A stretch of 64,000 nt of DNA from an uncultured Acidobacteriota bacterium (GTDB lineage Bacteria > Acidobacteriota > Terriglobia > UBA7540), in assembly GCA_963719115.1 (NCBI GenBank), contig CAVRBF010000028.1, positions 5,633-69,632 of the forward strand, given 5' to 3'. A model generated the notes under the pieces. That model saw only the letters and a list, made by a program, of their open reading frames with translations. It was not told the DNA's origin and did not search any database. How positions within the stretch are numbered: position 1 is the stretch's first letter; the number at the start of each line of letters is the position of its first letter. The position numbers and the translations under genes were made by a program. Positions 38,740-49,862 of this stretch are shown here, piece after piece.

Positions 38740-39582
38740 TCAGGCCGCGCGGTGATTTTGTTTCGCGGCAGGCTTTCTGGCGCGCACAAAAGCACTGATG
38801 AACTTGCCGTCCACCAACGGTGCAATCGCATCCACATCGATCCCCTTGCTGGAGAGCAGTTCGCGCGCATCGGCCACGCAATAAGTCCTGGTGGCTTCGA
38901 CGCTCACGGTTTCGAAGCCGGCCTGACGAAGCTTGGAGAGGTACTCGTTTTCCTCGAGTGCCCCCGCCATGCAGCCCACCCAAAGCTCGACGCTCTTGCG
39001 GATTTCGTTAGGGACGTCGCCGCGAACCACAATGTCGGAGACGGCGAACCGCCCGCCGGGCTTGAGCACGCGAAAAGCTTCGAGCAGCACGCGGTCCTTG
39101 TCCGCGGAGAGATTGATCACGCAATTGGAAATGATGACATCCACGGAATTATCCGGCAGCGGAATGTTCTCGATCTCGCCGCGAAGGAATTCCACGTTCT
39201 CGACGCCGGCCTTGCGCTGGTTCTCTTGCGCCAGCGCCAACATTTCGTCTGTCATGTCCAGGCCATAGGCCTTTCCCGTGGGGCCGACGCGTCTGGCTGA
39301 AAGCAGAACGTCAATGCCGCCTCCGGAGCCCAAGTCGAGCACCGTTTCACCCGGCTTCAATTCGGCGAGCGCGGTGGGGTTGCCACAGCCCAAAGAGGCC
39401 AGCAAAGCTGCTTCGGGGATTTGGCCGGCTTGGACGGCATCGTAGAGATTGGAGGTAATGGGATCCGGACAGCCCTCCACAGCGGGTGCGGCTCCACAGC
39501 AGGAACTTCCTCCCTTGATGACGCGTAGAGCGGCCTGCCCGTACTTTTCCTTCACGACTTCCTTGATGTCGGGTGTACTCAT
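38740..39582 (-). CDS. arsM: Arsenite S-adenosylmethionine methyltransferase
   Basis: GGSSCCG...GCPDP, LGCGNP, the SAM motif [10 protein letters not shown], and WVGCMAGAL. The ATG overlaps the arsR stop (ATGA). Confidence 0.85.
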   Translation of the reverse strand: MSTPDIKEVVKEKYGQAALRVIKGGSSCCGAAPAVEGCPDPITSNLYDAVQAGQIPEAALLASLGCGNPTALAELKPGETVLDLGSGGGIDVLLSARRVGPTGKAYGLDMTDEMLALAQENQRKAGVENVEFLRGEIENIPLPDNSVDVIISNCVINLSADKDRVLLEAFRVLKPGGRFAVSDIVVRGDVPNEIRKSVELWVGCMAGALEENEYLSKLRQAGFETVSVEATRTYCVADARELLSSKGIDVDAIAPLVDGKFISAFVRARKPAAKQNHRAA

Positions 39583-39959
39583 TTGCTTTTCCTTTCCGGA
39601 CCGCAGTTCGTCGCCGGTCCAATTCCCACCAGTTCATGCGGCTCAATGGCCTTGTTGCGGGTGCAACACTCGGCATACAGAAAATTGATGATTTCCTGCA
39701 AGACCTCGGTGTTGGCGGTGTACCACAAGAACGTGCCATCCCGCCGGACTTTGACCAAATCCTCGTTCTTGAGCTTGTCGAGATGATGGGACAAGGTCGA
39801 GGCGGGGATTCCCAGCTCATCCTGAATGTCGCCGACGACCAACCCTTGGGGATGTGAGGTCAGAAGAAGCTGCATGATGCGCAGGCGGGGCTCCGCCCCC
39901 ATGGCGGCGAACATGTCGGCATAACGAGTGACTTGTTCCGTGCTTGGGGTATTTTTCAT
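39579..39959 (-). CDS. arsR: ArsR-family metalloregulator (copy 1)
   Basis: From the ATG at 39959: FAAMGAEPRLRIMQLLLTSHPQGLVVGDIQDELGIPASTLSHHLDKLKNEDLV. There is no CVC in helix 3, but there is a C-terminal ECC...C cluster. Confidence 0.8.
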   Translation of the reverse strand: MKNTPSTEQVTRYADMFAAMGAEPRLRIMQLLLTSHPQGLVVGDIQDELGIPASTLSHHLDKLKNEDLVKVRRDGTFLWYTANTEVLQEIINFLYAECCTRNKAIEPHELVGIGPATNCGPERKSK

Positions 39960-39965
39960 GGTTCG

Positions 39966-39993
39966 ATTATATTGGAAGTATGGAATAATACAA
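39966..39993 (-). promoter_or_regulatory. Candidate promoter of the ars operon, implying a leaderless arsR mRNA
   Basis: The minus strand reads TTGTAT, a 16-nt spacer, then TATAAT (39971-39966). Only 6 nt (cgaacc) separate the -10 from the ATG, and there is no Shine-Dalgarno sequence. Confidence 0.35.
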
Positions 39994-40160
39994 GAACCAT
40001 TTTCAATTCGCCCGATAACCCTGCTCTTCAGCGAATTCTCCTTAAAGATTGTGCTTGACAAAGACTTAAGAATATGCTAAAAGCAACTGGTTAAGAGTGG
40101 CGGGTTCAGCAGTGGACTCGGGCAACGTCCGGCGGAATGACAGAATGTCAGTAAGAAGCC

Positions 40161-40253
40161 AAAGCCGCCAAGTTGTTGAAGGCAATATGCTTGTGAGGCG
40201 GATTTCGCCCCACCAAAGCCACCACGTTATTGAAAAGAAAGCCGGTTATTGAA
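40161..40253 (+). repeat. Three direct repeats AAAGCC-N-GTT(G/A)TTGAA
   Basis: aaagccgccaagttgttgaa (40161-40180), aaagccaccacgttattgaa (40215-40234) and aaagccggttattgaa (40238-40253). Confidence 0.5.
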
Positions 40254-40735
40254 ACGTTGGGGAAAACCGCCAGTCGGGCATCTTGTCCGCTGCCCTCCAT
40301 TTTCCTGAGCGCTTCACGTACCTCGCACCATCACATCCCTTTCCCCTATCATCCCCACGCCGCTGAGGGCTGTAGCGGTTCAGGGATATTTAATATTAGA
40401 TAATTCACGATACATTATGTTATGTCCATGGTTAATGGCATGGGGGCTCTCCGACCAGAAATCCAGTATCTCCTCTCCCGCGTCACCGCGAAATTCCCGT
40501 GGACAAATCAACGGGCATATTAGAGACTCGCGTGTTCTGCTCGCGCCGTTCTCTCCCGACGCCGGTCCCGGAGTGGTCTGCCGGTCTTCACAAGGATCGC
40601 GACTGCGTCGGAGCGGCCGGATCTGGCGATCGGATATTCCCATGCGACTGCAATGCTGGCACGACCGTCCGAATCAGCTCGCCGCAGTCACCCCGCGGTG
40701 GAACCGCCAGCGAAGGAGCAACCTTTGAGCGACCG

Positions 40736-43700
40736 ATGTCTTCATCAAAATATTTCCGTGTGGCATCTTCATCGTCATCGCCGTCAGTCTATTCTCCTCA
40801 CCTGCTTTCGGCGAGACCCTTTGGCAAATCGGAACGTTCAACTTTACATCTTCCGAATTCAACCACGGGCAGAATGGGCCGCCGTTGTTCGGCCAGCGCT
40901 TTCCCCAGGGGGAACTGATTTACGTGGTGGGGAAGAGCACTCCCGAAAAGGACTGGCCCGCCTATCAGCCAGCTTCGCCCCTCGGGAGTGCGGGAGTCGC
41001 GGCGCATCCTTACACCATCGAGTTCGATCTCGCCGACATCCCGCGCGGACTCGTGACCCTCAAGGTATCGCTGCTGGTGGAGACGTCGCGCGCACCGCAC
41101 CTGGGCGTGGAGATCAACGGGCATCGCGCCATCTTCTACCAACGCCCTGAGCCGGACTACAACGGCGGCGACCGCGAATTGGTGGTGAACCCCATCGCTG
41201 CCTCGGACACGATCTTGGCGGAGATCAACCCGGCCTTTCTCGTGAAAGGACCGAACAAGCTGGTACTGACCGCCGTGGTCGAGCCGGGAGAAGGAGATCA
41301 CCCGAGCTATGGCGGCATCTATTACGACGCCATCGCGCTGGAGCACAACCCCGACGCGCGCTTCAATCCCGGCCTGGTCAGCGCGGAAGTGACGCCCACT
41401 ATCTTTTATGAGCACAAGGGCGACGGGCTCGCCGAACTGGTGGACGTCGCCGTTCGCAGCAATCGCTCGCTGGTGGGCGGTGAAGTGGCGCTGAAGTTAG
41501 GCGGGCAGACCTTTACGCACAAACTCGCCAACCGCGATTTCGGCGAAGACGTGGCGGAATTTTCCGTGCCGGATTTTCCGCCGAACAGCGCCGCGGAAGT
41601 GACCGCGAAAATCGGCAGCAACACGCAGCGCTTTCCGGTGACGGTCAGCCCCGCCAAGAAGTGGCTGTTGTATGCGGTGCCACACGAACACCTGGACGTC
41701 GGCTACTCGGACTTCCAGGCGAAAGTTGCCGAGGTGCAGAGCCGCGCCATCGACGAAGCCATGGAGATGATCAAGACCCATCCGGAATTTCGCTACAGCC
41801 CGGATGGCAACTGGTGCGCGGAGGAGTTCCTGGCCGGCCGCACCCCCGCCGAACGCGCGCGCTTTCTGGAAATGATCCGAGACAAGAAGATCTTCATTCC
41901 TGCGCAGGAGGCGAGCCTGCTGACGGGCATTACCAGCCTCGAAGTCTTGTTCCGTTCGCTGTACGGCGGCTTCGCGTTCAATCAGAAAAACGGCGGCAAC
42001 TTTGACTACGCCAACATCACCGACGTGCCTTCCTACTCGTGGTCGTATGCCTCGGTTCTGGCGGACGCAGGCCTGAAGTACTTTGTCGCGGCGAGCGATA
42101 ACGACAATGGCCCGATTCTCGTTCACGGCCGGCTGAACACGCAGTCGCCCTTCTGGTGGGAAGGCCCCGACGGCCAAAAGATTCTGATGTGGTACGCGCG
42201 CTCCTATTTTCAAGTGGCCAGCCTGTTCGGATTGCCGCCCTACCTCCCGGCCGGGCGCGACTCGCTGCCGATCTTCCTGAAACAGTACTCGCGTCCAGAT
42301 TACAAGTCCGATGCGGCCATCATCTACGGCACGCAGGTGGAGAACACGGATCTTTACCCGCAAGTGGCGGGCATGGTGGCGGACTGGAACCGCCGATACG
42401 CGTATCCGAAGATGCAGTTCTCCGGCTTCGCCGAGGCGATGCAGCACATTGCCGGGCAGTTGGGCGACTCCATTCCCACCGTGCGCGGCGATGGCGGGCC
42501 GTTCTGGGAATTCGGCAACGCCTCCGACGCGCGCTACGTGGCGATGGAGCGTGCCAACGAGCAGCGCGCGCTTTCGGCGGAGAAGATTTCCACCATCAGC
42601 ACGCTCACCAGCCCCGTCGTCCAGCCTGACCACCACCGCTTGAACCGCATGTGGCGCGACATGGTGTTGATGGACGAACACACCTGGACGGCCGACCGCG
42701 CCGCTTCCGACCCCGGCACGGACGAGGCCAAGGTACAGACCGCAGTGAAGGAACGTTATGCGGACGACGCCCGCCTGGACATTGATTACTTCGTGCGGCG
42801 GCACTTGGCGGCCGTCGCCAATTCCATCGACGCACCCCGGGGAACGCTGGTGGTGTTTAATCCCCTCAATTGGCAGCGCAGCAGCCTGGTGGAGTACGAC
42901 CTGCGCAAGGGCACGTCCTTGGTGGATCTGACCACCAAGAAGGAAGTCCCTTACGAAGTTCTTTCCAGTCGCGACCAGAGTTACCTGCGCATTCGCTTTC
43001 TGGCTGAGGATGTGCCGCCCGTGGGATACAGGTGCTATGCCCGCGTTGCCGCCACGGCGGAATCCTCACGCCCACCGCGGCTTGGCGGTGAAGTGCTGGA
43101 GAACGCTCACTATCGCATCACGCTCGATCCTGGGAGCGGCGCGGTCCGCAGCATCATCGACAAAGACCTGCACGAGGAGTTGGTCAATACTTCGAGCCCT
43201 TACCGGTTTGACCAGTACCTCTACGTGACCGGCGGCGACAAGTTCCCCAACCGCCTACAGGAATTCAGTTCGGCCACACCCATTCCGCCGCTCGATATTG
43301 ACGCGGCGAACGGCGGCCGCATCGTGTCGATCACCCGGCAGCCGTTCGGCACGGTGGCGAAACTGGAAAGCTCCGCTCTCAACACGCCGAACATCTCAAC
43401 GGAGATCGTTCTGTTTGATGGCGAGAAGAAGATCCTCTTCACGCACCGCGTGAACAAGTCGGCGTATTACCGCAAGGAGGCGGTGTATTTTGCCTTCCCC
43501 TTCCGCATGGAACGACCGCACATTCGCTACGACGCGCAGAACGGATTTATCGATCCGGTCCACGACCAGATGCCGGGGGCAGGAAAGGAATGGTATTCGG
43601 TCCAGCACTGGGTGGAAGGCTTTAAGGGGAACACCAGCATCGCCGTTCTGCCGGTCGATGCGCCCCTGATCACCCTGGGCGACATCGTGCGAGGAAAATG

Positions 43701-44223
43701 GCCGACCGATCTTTACCTCTGGCGTGGCGACATCTTCTCCTACGCGATGAACAACTATTACTTTACCAACTGGCCGGCGGCACAAGGCGGAGACTTCACC
43801 TTTCGCTACGTCGTTACCAGTGGACCCGACATGAGCCCGGATTCCCTGAGCCGGCTGGGGCGCGAGGCAACCACGCCGCTGGAGACCGACGAAGTCACCT
43901 CCCAGGATAAAGCTGTGCCGCGCCCTGAGCCCCTGCCCGCGGATCAGTCGAGCTTTCTTGCCACGGATCGCTCCAACGTCGTCCTGGTTACGTGGAAGCA
44001 AGCCGAGGATGGAGACGGAATGGTTTTGCGTTTTCTGGAAATTGCCGGAGAAGAGGGCGCGGTGAAGGTGCGCATTCCCTTGCTCAACGTTGAGGCCGCG
44101 TGGAAATGCAACGCCATGGAGCAAAAGATCAGCGCGCTTTCTGTGTCGCCGCACGGATTTAGTTTTAGCGTGAAGCCGTTCCAGATTGTTACCGTGCGGG
44201 TGAAAGGAATGCCAGCCCTGTGA
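40736..44223 (+). CDS. Glycoside hydrolase family 38 (alpha-mannosidase-like) with an N-terminal extension of about 250 aa
   Basis: GH38 start motif VPHEHLDVGYSD (HxHxDxG(W/Y)). The first canonical start in the main frame is the TTG at 40885. However, that frame is open from 40729 and encodes a signal-like FIKIFPCGIFIVIAVSLFSSPAFG. The only ATG (40736) is one frame off, which is consistent with a missing A in the aaaa run at 40747-40750. Confidence 0.75.
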
Positions 44224-44231
44224 GTTGTGGG

Positions 44232-45302
44232 TTAGCCGGCCTGGACTTCTTCCTTAACGGCGACCGACTCGACTTGCATCAGCGGGGCGCAAGATTCCCG
44301 GCGAATAAGCCGGGTGGGAAGGGTCACGACCTCAGGTTTAACGTCCAGGCGCGAGATCTGCTTCAGGAGCAACTCCGCCATCTGTTTGCCGAGTTGGTCC
44401 ATAAAGACGCGCACCGAGGTCAGGGGCGGGATAAGCGCCGCCGCCTCGATGGTGTCATTGACGCCAATCACGCTGACGTCAGCGGGAATTTTGAGGCCGT
44501 TATCGGAGAGCGCGCGATACGTGCCGCGCGCCGTGGTGTCATCACCGGCAAGAATCGCGGTAATCGCCCGGCCTTCGTTGAGAATTGATTTCGTGGCCAG
44601 ATAGCCGAGGTCTTCGGCGCTGTCCACGTTTAAGTCACGAATAAGAGGTGTAAGGCCCGCCTCTTCCATAGCCCGGCGATAGCCCTCGCGGCGGCGGGCG
44701 AACCAGGTGCGCTGGCAATTGCCGACATACCAGATATCCCGATGTCCCAACGACTGCAAGTAACTCGTTGCTTCCTGAGCGCCGCCGATGTCATCGAAAT
44801 ATACCGCGCTGTATTCATCACTGCGCCAGTCGCCAATAACGTTGTTGCCCAGGCATACGATGGGCATATGCTGGTCGGTCAGTGCGTCGAGGAGGTTCTG
44901 GGAGTTCGTGCCGGCGGTAATGACCCCGCGAACCACCCGGCGATTCTGCAAGAGCCGGGGGATGTGCAGCTCCTTCCACGGCAGCTTGGGCGAGTATTGC
45001 ATCGGGAGAAACAGAACTCCAAAGTCATTCGCGGCGCAGTGGGCCTCCGCGCCCACCATCACGGCAGAGTGAAAAGGATGAAGCACGTTGCGATTGCTGA
45101 GCAGATAGGCAACAATACGCGAATCGGTCCTGCGATTCAGATTGAACCCTAACTTCAGAGCGGCTTTGATAACTCGTTCGTGGAGCTTGGGCCGGACGCG
45201 CTCACTTCCATTCAGGACGCGCGAGACGGTGGCGTTGCTGAGGCCCGCAGCGCGGGCGACGTCCTGAATCCGTACCTTCGATCGGGTCGCTTTCTTAGTC
45301 AT
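44232..45302 (-). CDS. LacI/GalR-family transcriptional regulator
   Basis: The N-terminal HTH VRIQDVARAAGLSNATVSRVLNG is followed by a periplasmic-binding-protein-like sugar-binding domain. 356 aa. Confidence 0.9.
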   Translation of the reverse strand: MTKKATRSKVRIQDVARAAGLSNATVSRVLNGSERVRPKLHERVIKAALKLGFNLNRRTDSRIVAYLLSNRNVLHPFHSAVMVGAEAHCAANDFGVLFLPMQYSPKLPWKELHIPRLLQNRRVVRGVITAGTNSQNLLDALTDQHMPIVCLGNNVIGDWRSDEYSAVYFDDIGGAQEATSYLQSLGHRDIWYVGNCQRTWFARRREGYRRAMEEAGLTPLIRDLNVDSAEDLGYLATKSILNEGRAITAILAGDDTTARGTYRALSDNGLKIPADVSVIGVNDTIEAAALIPPLTSVRVFMDQLGKQMAELLLKQISRLDVKPEVVTLPTRLIRRESCAPLMQVESVAVKEEVQAG

Positions 45303-45772
45303 TCACAGCCTCTGAGGGGGTTTGAAAACTTGCTGCCCCGGCTTCTTGGACGCACGCTGTCAGAAGTCGTACGGCCTCATCACCGGAAACCGCTATCGGA
45401 ATTTACGATAACTTTTGAAAATTTTCAAGAATTATTCGCGATCAAGATGATTTCCTGCACGAACTCTTTGCAAAGTGCAAAAAGCCGAACCGGCGCAGGG
45501 ATGGCGGGAAGCGAACTTCTGCAAGGTGGCGGTACGCCGGGCCGTGCGGTTGAACTCGTTGTTCGCATAGATGACTAAAAGCATTGATTTTTAAGTTGAA
45601 ATTGCAGTCTGCCGAAACTCTGGGTATGCGAGCTGATAATTTTGACGCGCCGCTGCGACATACGGCAGTTCCCAGGGTGTCATTCAAGGCGCGTGACGGA
45701 TCGTGTCGGGAGAAAGCGGCGAACAATAAGACCGCAATCGGGACGTGTTTGCAGAATCCCGTGAAATTTTTC

Positions 45773-45801
45773 TTGACAATAGGATATTGTATCAATATAA
45801 A
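45773..45801 (+). promoter_or_regulatory. Sigma-70-type promoter upstream of the second TonB receptor
   Basis: TTGACA (45773-45778), a 17-nt spacer, then TATAAA (45796-45801). The spacer contains the inverted repeat ACAATA-GGA-TATTGT (45776-45790). Confidence 0.45.
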
Positions 45802-45984
45802 TAGCAATCATCTTCGCTGCGTTCCGCCTCCTGCGCCTTTAGGAGCGAGTCGAGGCGTCCGGGAGAAGGAGCTTGAAAGTTAGTCATCGTCGAGGGTCTG
45901 GAAACGGGTGGTCTGAATTTCCCTGGAAAATCCTTTTGCGCGCCAGCCTTGGGGGCTGAGATTTGCCATTTGGAGGGTACATCG

Positions 45985-48900
45985 ATGATGAAGAGTAGGT
46001 TCTTAGGCGAGAGAGCGGCGAGGACCCGGAGACTTCTGCCGGCGTCGGCGCCTTTTTCCTTTTTGCTGTTAATGCTATTCCTGCTAAGTCTGCCGTCTGT
46101 TGCCGGCGCGCAGACCACGGCTGTCGCAGAAGTCAGCGGAACAGTGACGGATGCGAGCGGCGCGGTGATCGCCGGCGCCCAGGTCACCATGACGGAGACC
46201 GACAAAGGTGTGGCCCACACCGTCACAACCGACTCCGGCGGCAGGTACACATTCACCGACCTTCCGGTCGGGCCCTACCGGCTGGAAGCGAAAATGGCAG
46301 GATTCAAGGATTTTGTTGAATCCGGCATCGTGCTGGTGGTCAACAACAATATTGAAATCAACGTGACCCTGGAGGTCGGCTCCGCCACGCAACGGGTGGA
46401 AGTAAAGGCCAACACAACCATGGTCGAGACCAAAGAGACCTCGGTCTCTAACATGGTCGACACGCAGCGCATCGAGGATCTGCCGCTGGACAACCGGCAG
46501 CCCACGCAGTTGATTATCACCCTCGGCGCGGCCGTGTACGCCGACTCGGGGGACCTCGGAAGCAAGTCCTTCTGGAGCGCCACCCGGATCTCGGTGGCCG
46601 GCGGACAGGGGAACGGCACGGCCTATCTGATGGATGGAGGGGATTACACCGCCCCGATGTCAAACGTCAACATGCCTTTCCCGTTCCCGGACGCTCTTCA
46701 GGAGTTCAGCGTCGAGACCAGCGCGGTATCCTCGCGCTTCGGGACGCACCCGGGAGCGACCGTCAACGCGGTCACGAGGTCAGGGTCAAACCAAATCCAT
46801 GGTGACCTTTTTGAATTCCTCCGCAACGGCGACCTGGACGCGCGCAACTTCTTCGCGAAGACACACGACAGCCTGAGGCGCAACCAGTTCGGCGGAACGA
46901 TTGGCGGCAAGATCATTACGGACAAGTTGTTTTACTTTGGAGGATATCAGGGCACGCGAAACCGGCTTGTCTCGCCCTCCAATATCACCCATATTCCCAC
47001 TGCGGCGATGGTCTCCGGGAACTTTACCACGATCGCCTCGGTCGCGTGCGGGAAAGCCGTTACTCTCAAGGCTCCCTTTGGAACCGGCGGCTACGCGACC
47101 AACACGATTAACCCCACGCTGTTCGATCCGGTGGCCATGGCGATGATTTCCAAGTATATAGCACCTCTTCAGAGCCAAGCTAGCTCGTGTGGCCAACTCG
47201 CTTATAGTATTCCCGTCACAGGGGACTCGAACGAGTACATCGCGCGGATCGACTATGCCCAGAGTTCAAAGAACAATATCTATGGGCGGTATTACGGGCA
47301 GGCTTACACGAATCCGCCGGTTTTCACCAATGTCTTGACCACCACGTCGCCGGGGGACCTGGAATTTGCGCAATCGGGCACCATCGGCGACACGTATACG
47401 TTCGGCGCCGGAACCCTGAATACCTTCCACATCAGTTACAATCGCGTCCGCAACGATCGCGGGCCAACATCCACTCCCGCCAATTGGACGCTCCTCGGGC
47501 AGGCAGCGGGTATTCCCGCGTCACAACTAATGTACAGCGCCGTGCCCAACTTCCTGCTGATTTCAAGTATGAGTGGCGGCTTTGCCACCTTCTGCGGAAC
47601 CTGCGCCCCAGGGTGGTTCAACGTGAACGACGAGCAGATCGCCGACGACGTGGACCTGATTCGCGGGAGGCATGAAATTTCCTTGGGCTTCAACGTTATC
47701 CGAGTCCAAAACGACACCATTTCCGGTTTCGACGAGAATGGGGCGCCGACTTGGAACGGATCGTTTACCGGCCTGGGCATGGGGGATTTCATGGTCGGGG
47801 AGATGAGCGACTTCGAGCAAACCAATGCCACGCCCGACGACTTGCGGCAATGGGTCATGAGCTTCTACGCGCAGGACAGCTTCAAGTTCTCCAAGCATCT
47901 CACCTTCAACTTCGGTCTGCGCTGGGAGCCGACGTTCGCCGACCCCGACAAATATGGCCGCGGCACTTCCTTCAACGAGACGGCCTTCCTGGCGGGCACG
48001 CGCAGCACGAAGGACCCGACGGCGCCTCCGGGATTATTCGTCCCCGGCGATCCGGGAATTCCTCCCGCCAACTGGAATGGGCACCTTGCCAACTTCGGGC
48101 CGCGCGCCGGCCTGGTGTGGAATCCGAGCGGCACGGGCCGCGACACCCTCCGCATCGGCGCGGGACTCCTCTACGACTCGCAGGAGACCTGGTTTAACGA
48201 GCGCGAAACCACCAATCCTCCTTATGGCAATGCCATCGACGTTGGGTCGACGGGCTTACTCAGCAATCCGTGGGTGGGTTATGCGGGCGGGAAACCCGTT
48301 CCCCCAGAAACCCGGAGCCCTGTTCTTCCCCAACTTCGGCGCGTACATCAACTTTCCGATCAATCCTCCCCCCACTTACATGGCGCAGTGGAACGCTACC
48401 TATCAGCGGCAGCTCCCGGGCAACTGGGTCGCTTCGATCAGCTATTTGGGCAACGAGACAACCCACATCTGGATCGCCCACGAATCGAATCCCGCGGTAT
48501 ACAATAACCTTGCCTCGTGCGTCCTCGGCGGCGTCACCTACACACCCTGTGCGAGCACCAAGGACACGAACCAGCGGCGTCTGTTCTACACGGCGAACCC
48601 GGCCACGGGCATCTACTATGCGAGCGTCAATACCATGGACCCCGGAGCGGTAGCCCGCTACGAAGGCGTCCTCCTATCGGTAACGCATCGCTTGAGCAAC
48701 AATTACACGGCACTTGCGAATTTCACGGACGCCGAATGTTGGTCTGACTATGACTTTGGCGCCGCCTTGGCAGGATCCACCAATTCCCAGCCGTTCAATC
48801 GCCAGGCGGACTGGGGACGGTGCATTTCCGACACCCGCACCAACTTCAATTTATCGCTGGTGGCGCACAGCCCGTGGAACCCCGCCAATCCCTGGGCAGC

Positions 48901-49414
48901 CCGCGCGCTCCGAGACTGGGAGATTGCGCCGCTGATTCACGCTTCCGGCGGCCAGCCCCTGAACATCACGACCGGCACGGATAACTCGCTCACGGGCCTG
49001 GGGAACGATCGCCCCAATTATACGGGCCAAGCCCTCCGTTCGAGCGCTCCAAATTCTTGTCCGACCGCCCCCTGCTTCCAATTCCTCAATCCGGCGGCGT
49101 TCACTCCCAATCCCACCGGTACGTACGGGGACGTCGAGCGCAACGGCGTGCGCGGGCCTAACTACTTCGGATTCGACCTCGCACTGGCTCGGAGCCTGAA
49201 GGTGAACGAGAGGTTCGGTCTGCAAATCCGCGCCGAGGCGTTCAATATTCTGAACAAGGTGAACTTCTTTGGGCAAACCGTCCCGTCCGGGCTGCCGGTA
49301 AGTGCATTCAATGCAGGAACGGTCAGCCAGGCTCTAAATTCTTCGAATTTCGGACAAGCCACTGGCGCCTACGACCCGCGCATCCTTCAGTTCTCCATGA
49401 AGGTGCTTTTCTAA
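45985..49414 (+). pseudogene. TonB-dependent receptor with CarboxypepD_reg-like domain, frame broken near 48290-48300
   Basis: GGAGGG RBS followed by ATG at 45985. Signal FLLLMLFLLSLPSVAGAQT, then VSGTVTDASGAVIAGAQVTMTE...YTFTDLPVGPYRLEAKMAGFK. ORF 45949-48507 and ORF 47954-49414 join at NPWVGYAGG|NPFPQKPGALFFPNFGAY (a gggaaaccc run). The C-terminus is FSMKVLF. Confidence 0.8.
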
Positions 49415-49602
49415 TGGGCGGTGGCGATGCGGCCTTCGGGCCGCATCGGCGTCGCACAGAATGACGGTACGTTCGGGAACGTTCAAGTGGCAATTGAGTT
49501 GCGTGTTTTGCAATGGGTTTTGTTGTTTTACTTCTTGTCTGGCCTTCCATAGTGTCGGGATCGGGTCTTCCAGTGCAGGACCAACAAACTGGAGTTGGCG
49601 AG

Positions 49603-49642
49603 GCGGGGCAGGACGAAACGCGTTCTGCCCCGCTCGCTTTTT
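49603..49642 (+). terminator. Rho-independent terminator downstream of the receptor gene
   Basis: The stem gcggggcag (49603-49611) pairs with ctgccccgc (49625-49633), with a 13-nt loop, followed by tcgcTTTTT. Confidence 0.55.
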
Positions 49643-49664
49643 GGCGGGGATGCGGTTCGAATTC

Positions 49665-49753
49665 GTAGCGGCGGGTTCATCTCGCCTGGATTTTGTAGCG
49701 GCAAGTTTATCCGTCACCTGACGGACCAAATGGCGGCGTAAAGCCGCCTCTAC
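49665..49753. repeat. Cluster of 'GTAGNGGC-N3-TTTAY' short repeats (two direct, one inverted)
   Basis: gtagcggcgggttcatctcgcc, gtagcggcaagtttatccgtcacc and the inverted ggcggcgtaaagccgcctctac. Confidence 0.55.
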
Positions 49754-49862
49754 ATTTCGCCGCAGTTATCCCTTGAACTGAACGGTGGGAGAGGCTAACC
49801 TTGGCCCGGAATTGTGTGTGGTGCGGCTAAATCTCTCAAGAACTGCGAGACGACGAACACCG

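Noticed and set aside
49645-49670. tRNA-like T-loop sequences: GGTTCGAAT at 49654-49662 and GGGGTTCGATGCC at 56523-56535.
   Set aside because: No acceptor, D or anticodon arms can be drawn around either site. The second is simply the loop of a 9-bp hairpin, and the first lies in a repeat cluster.
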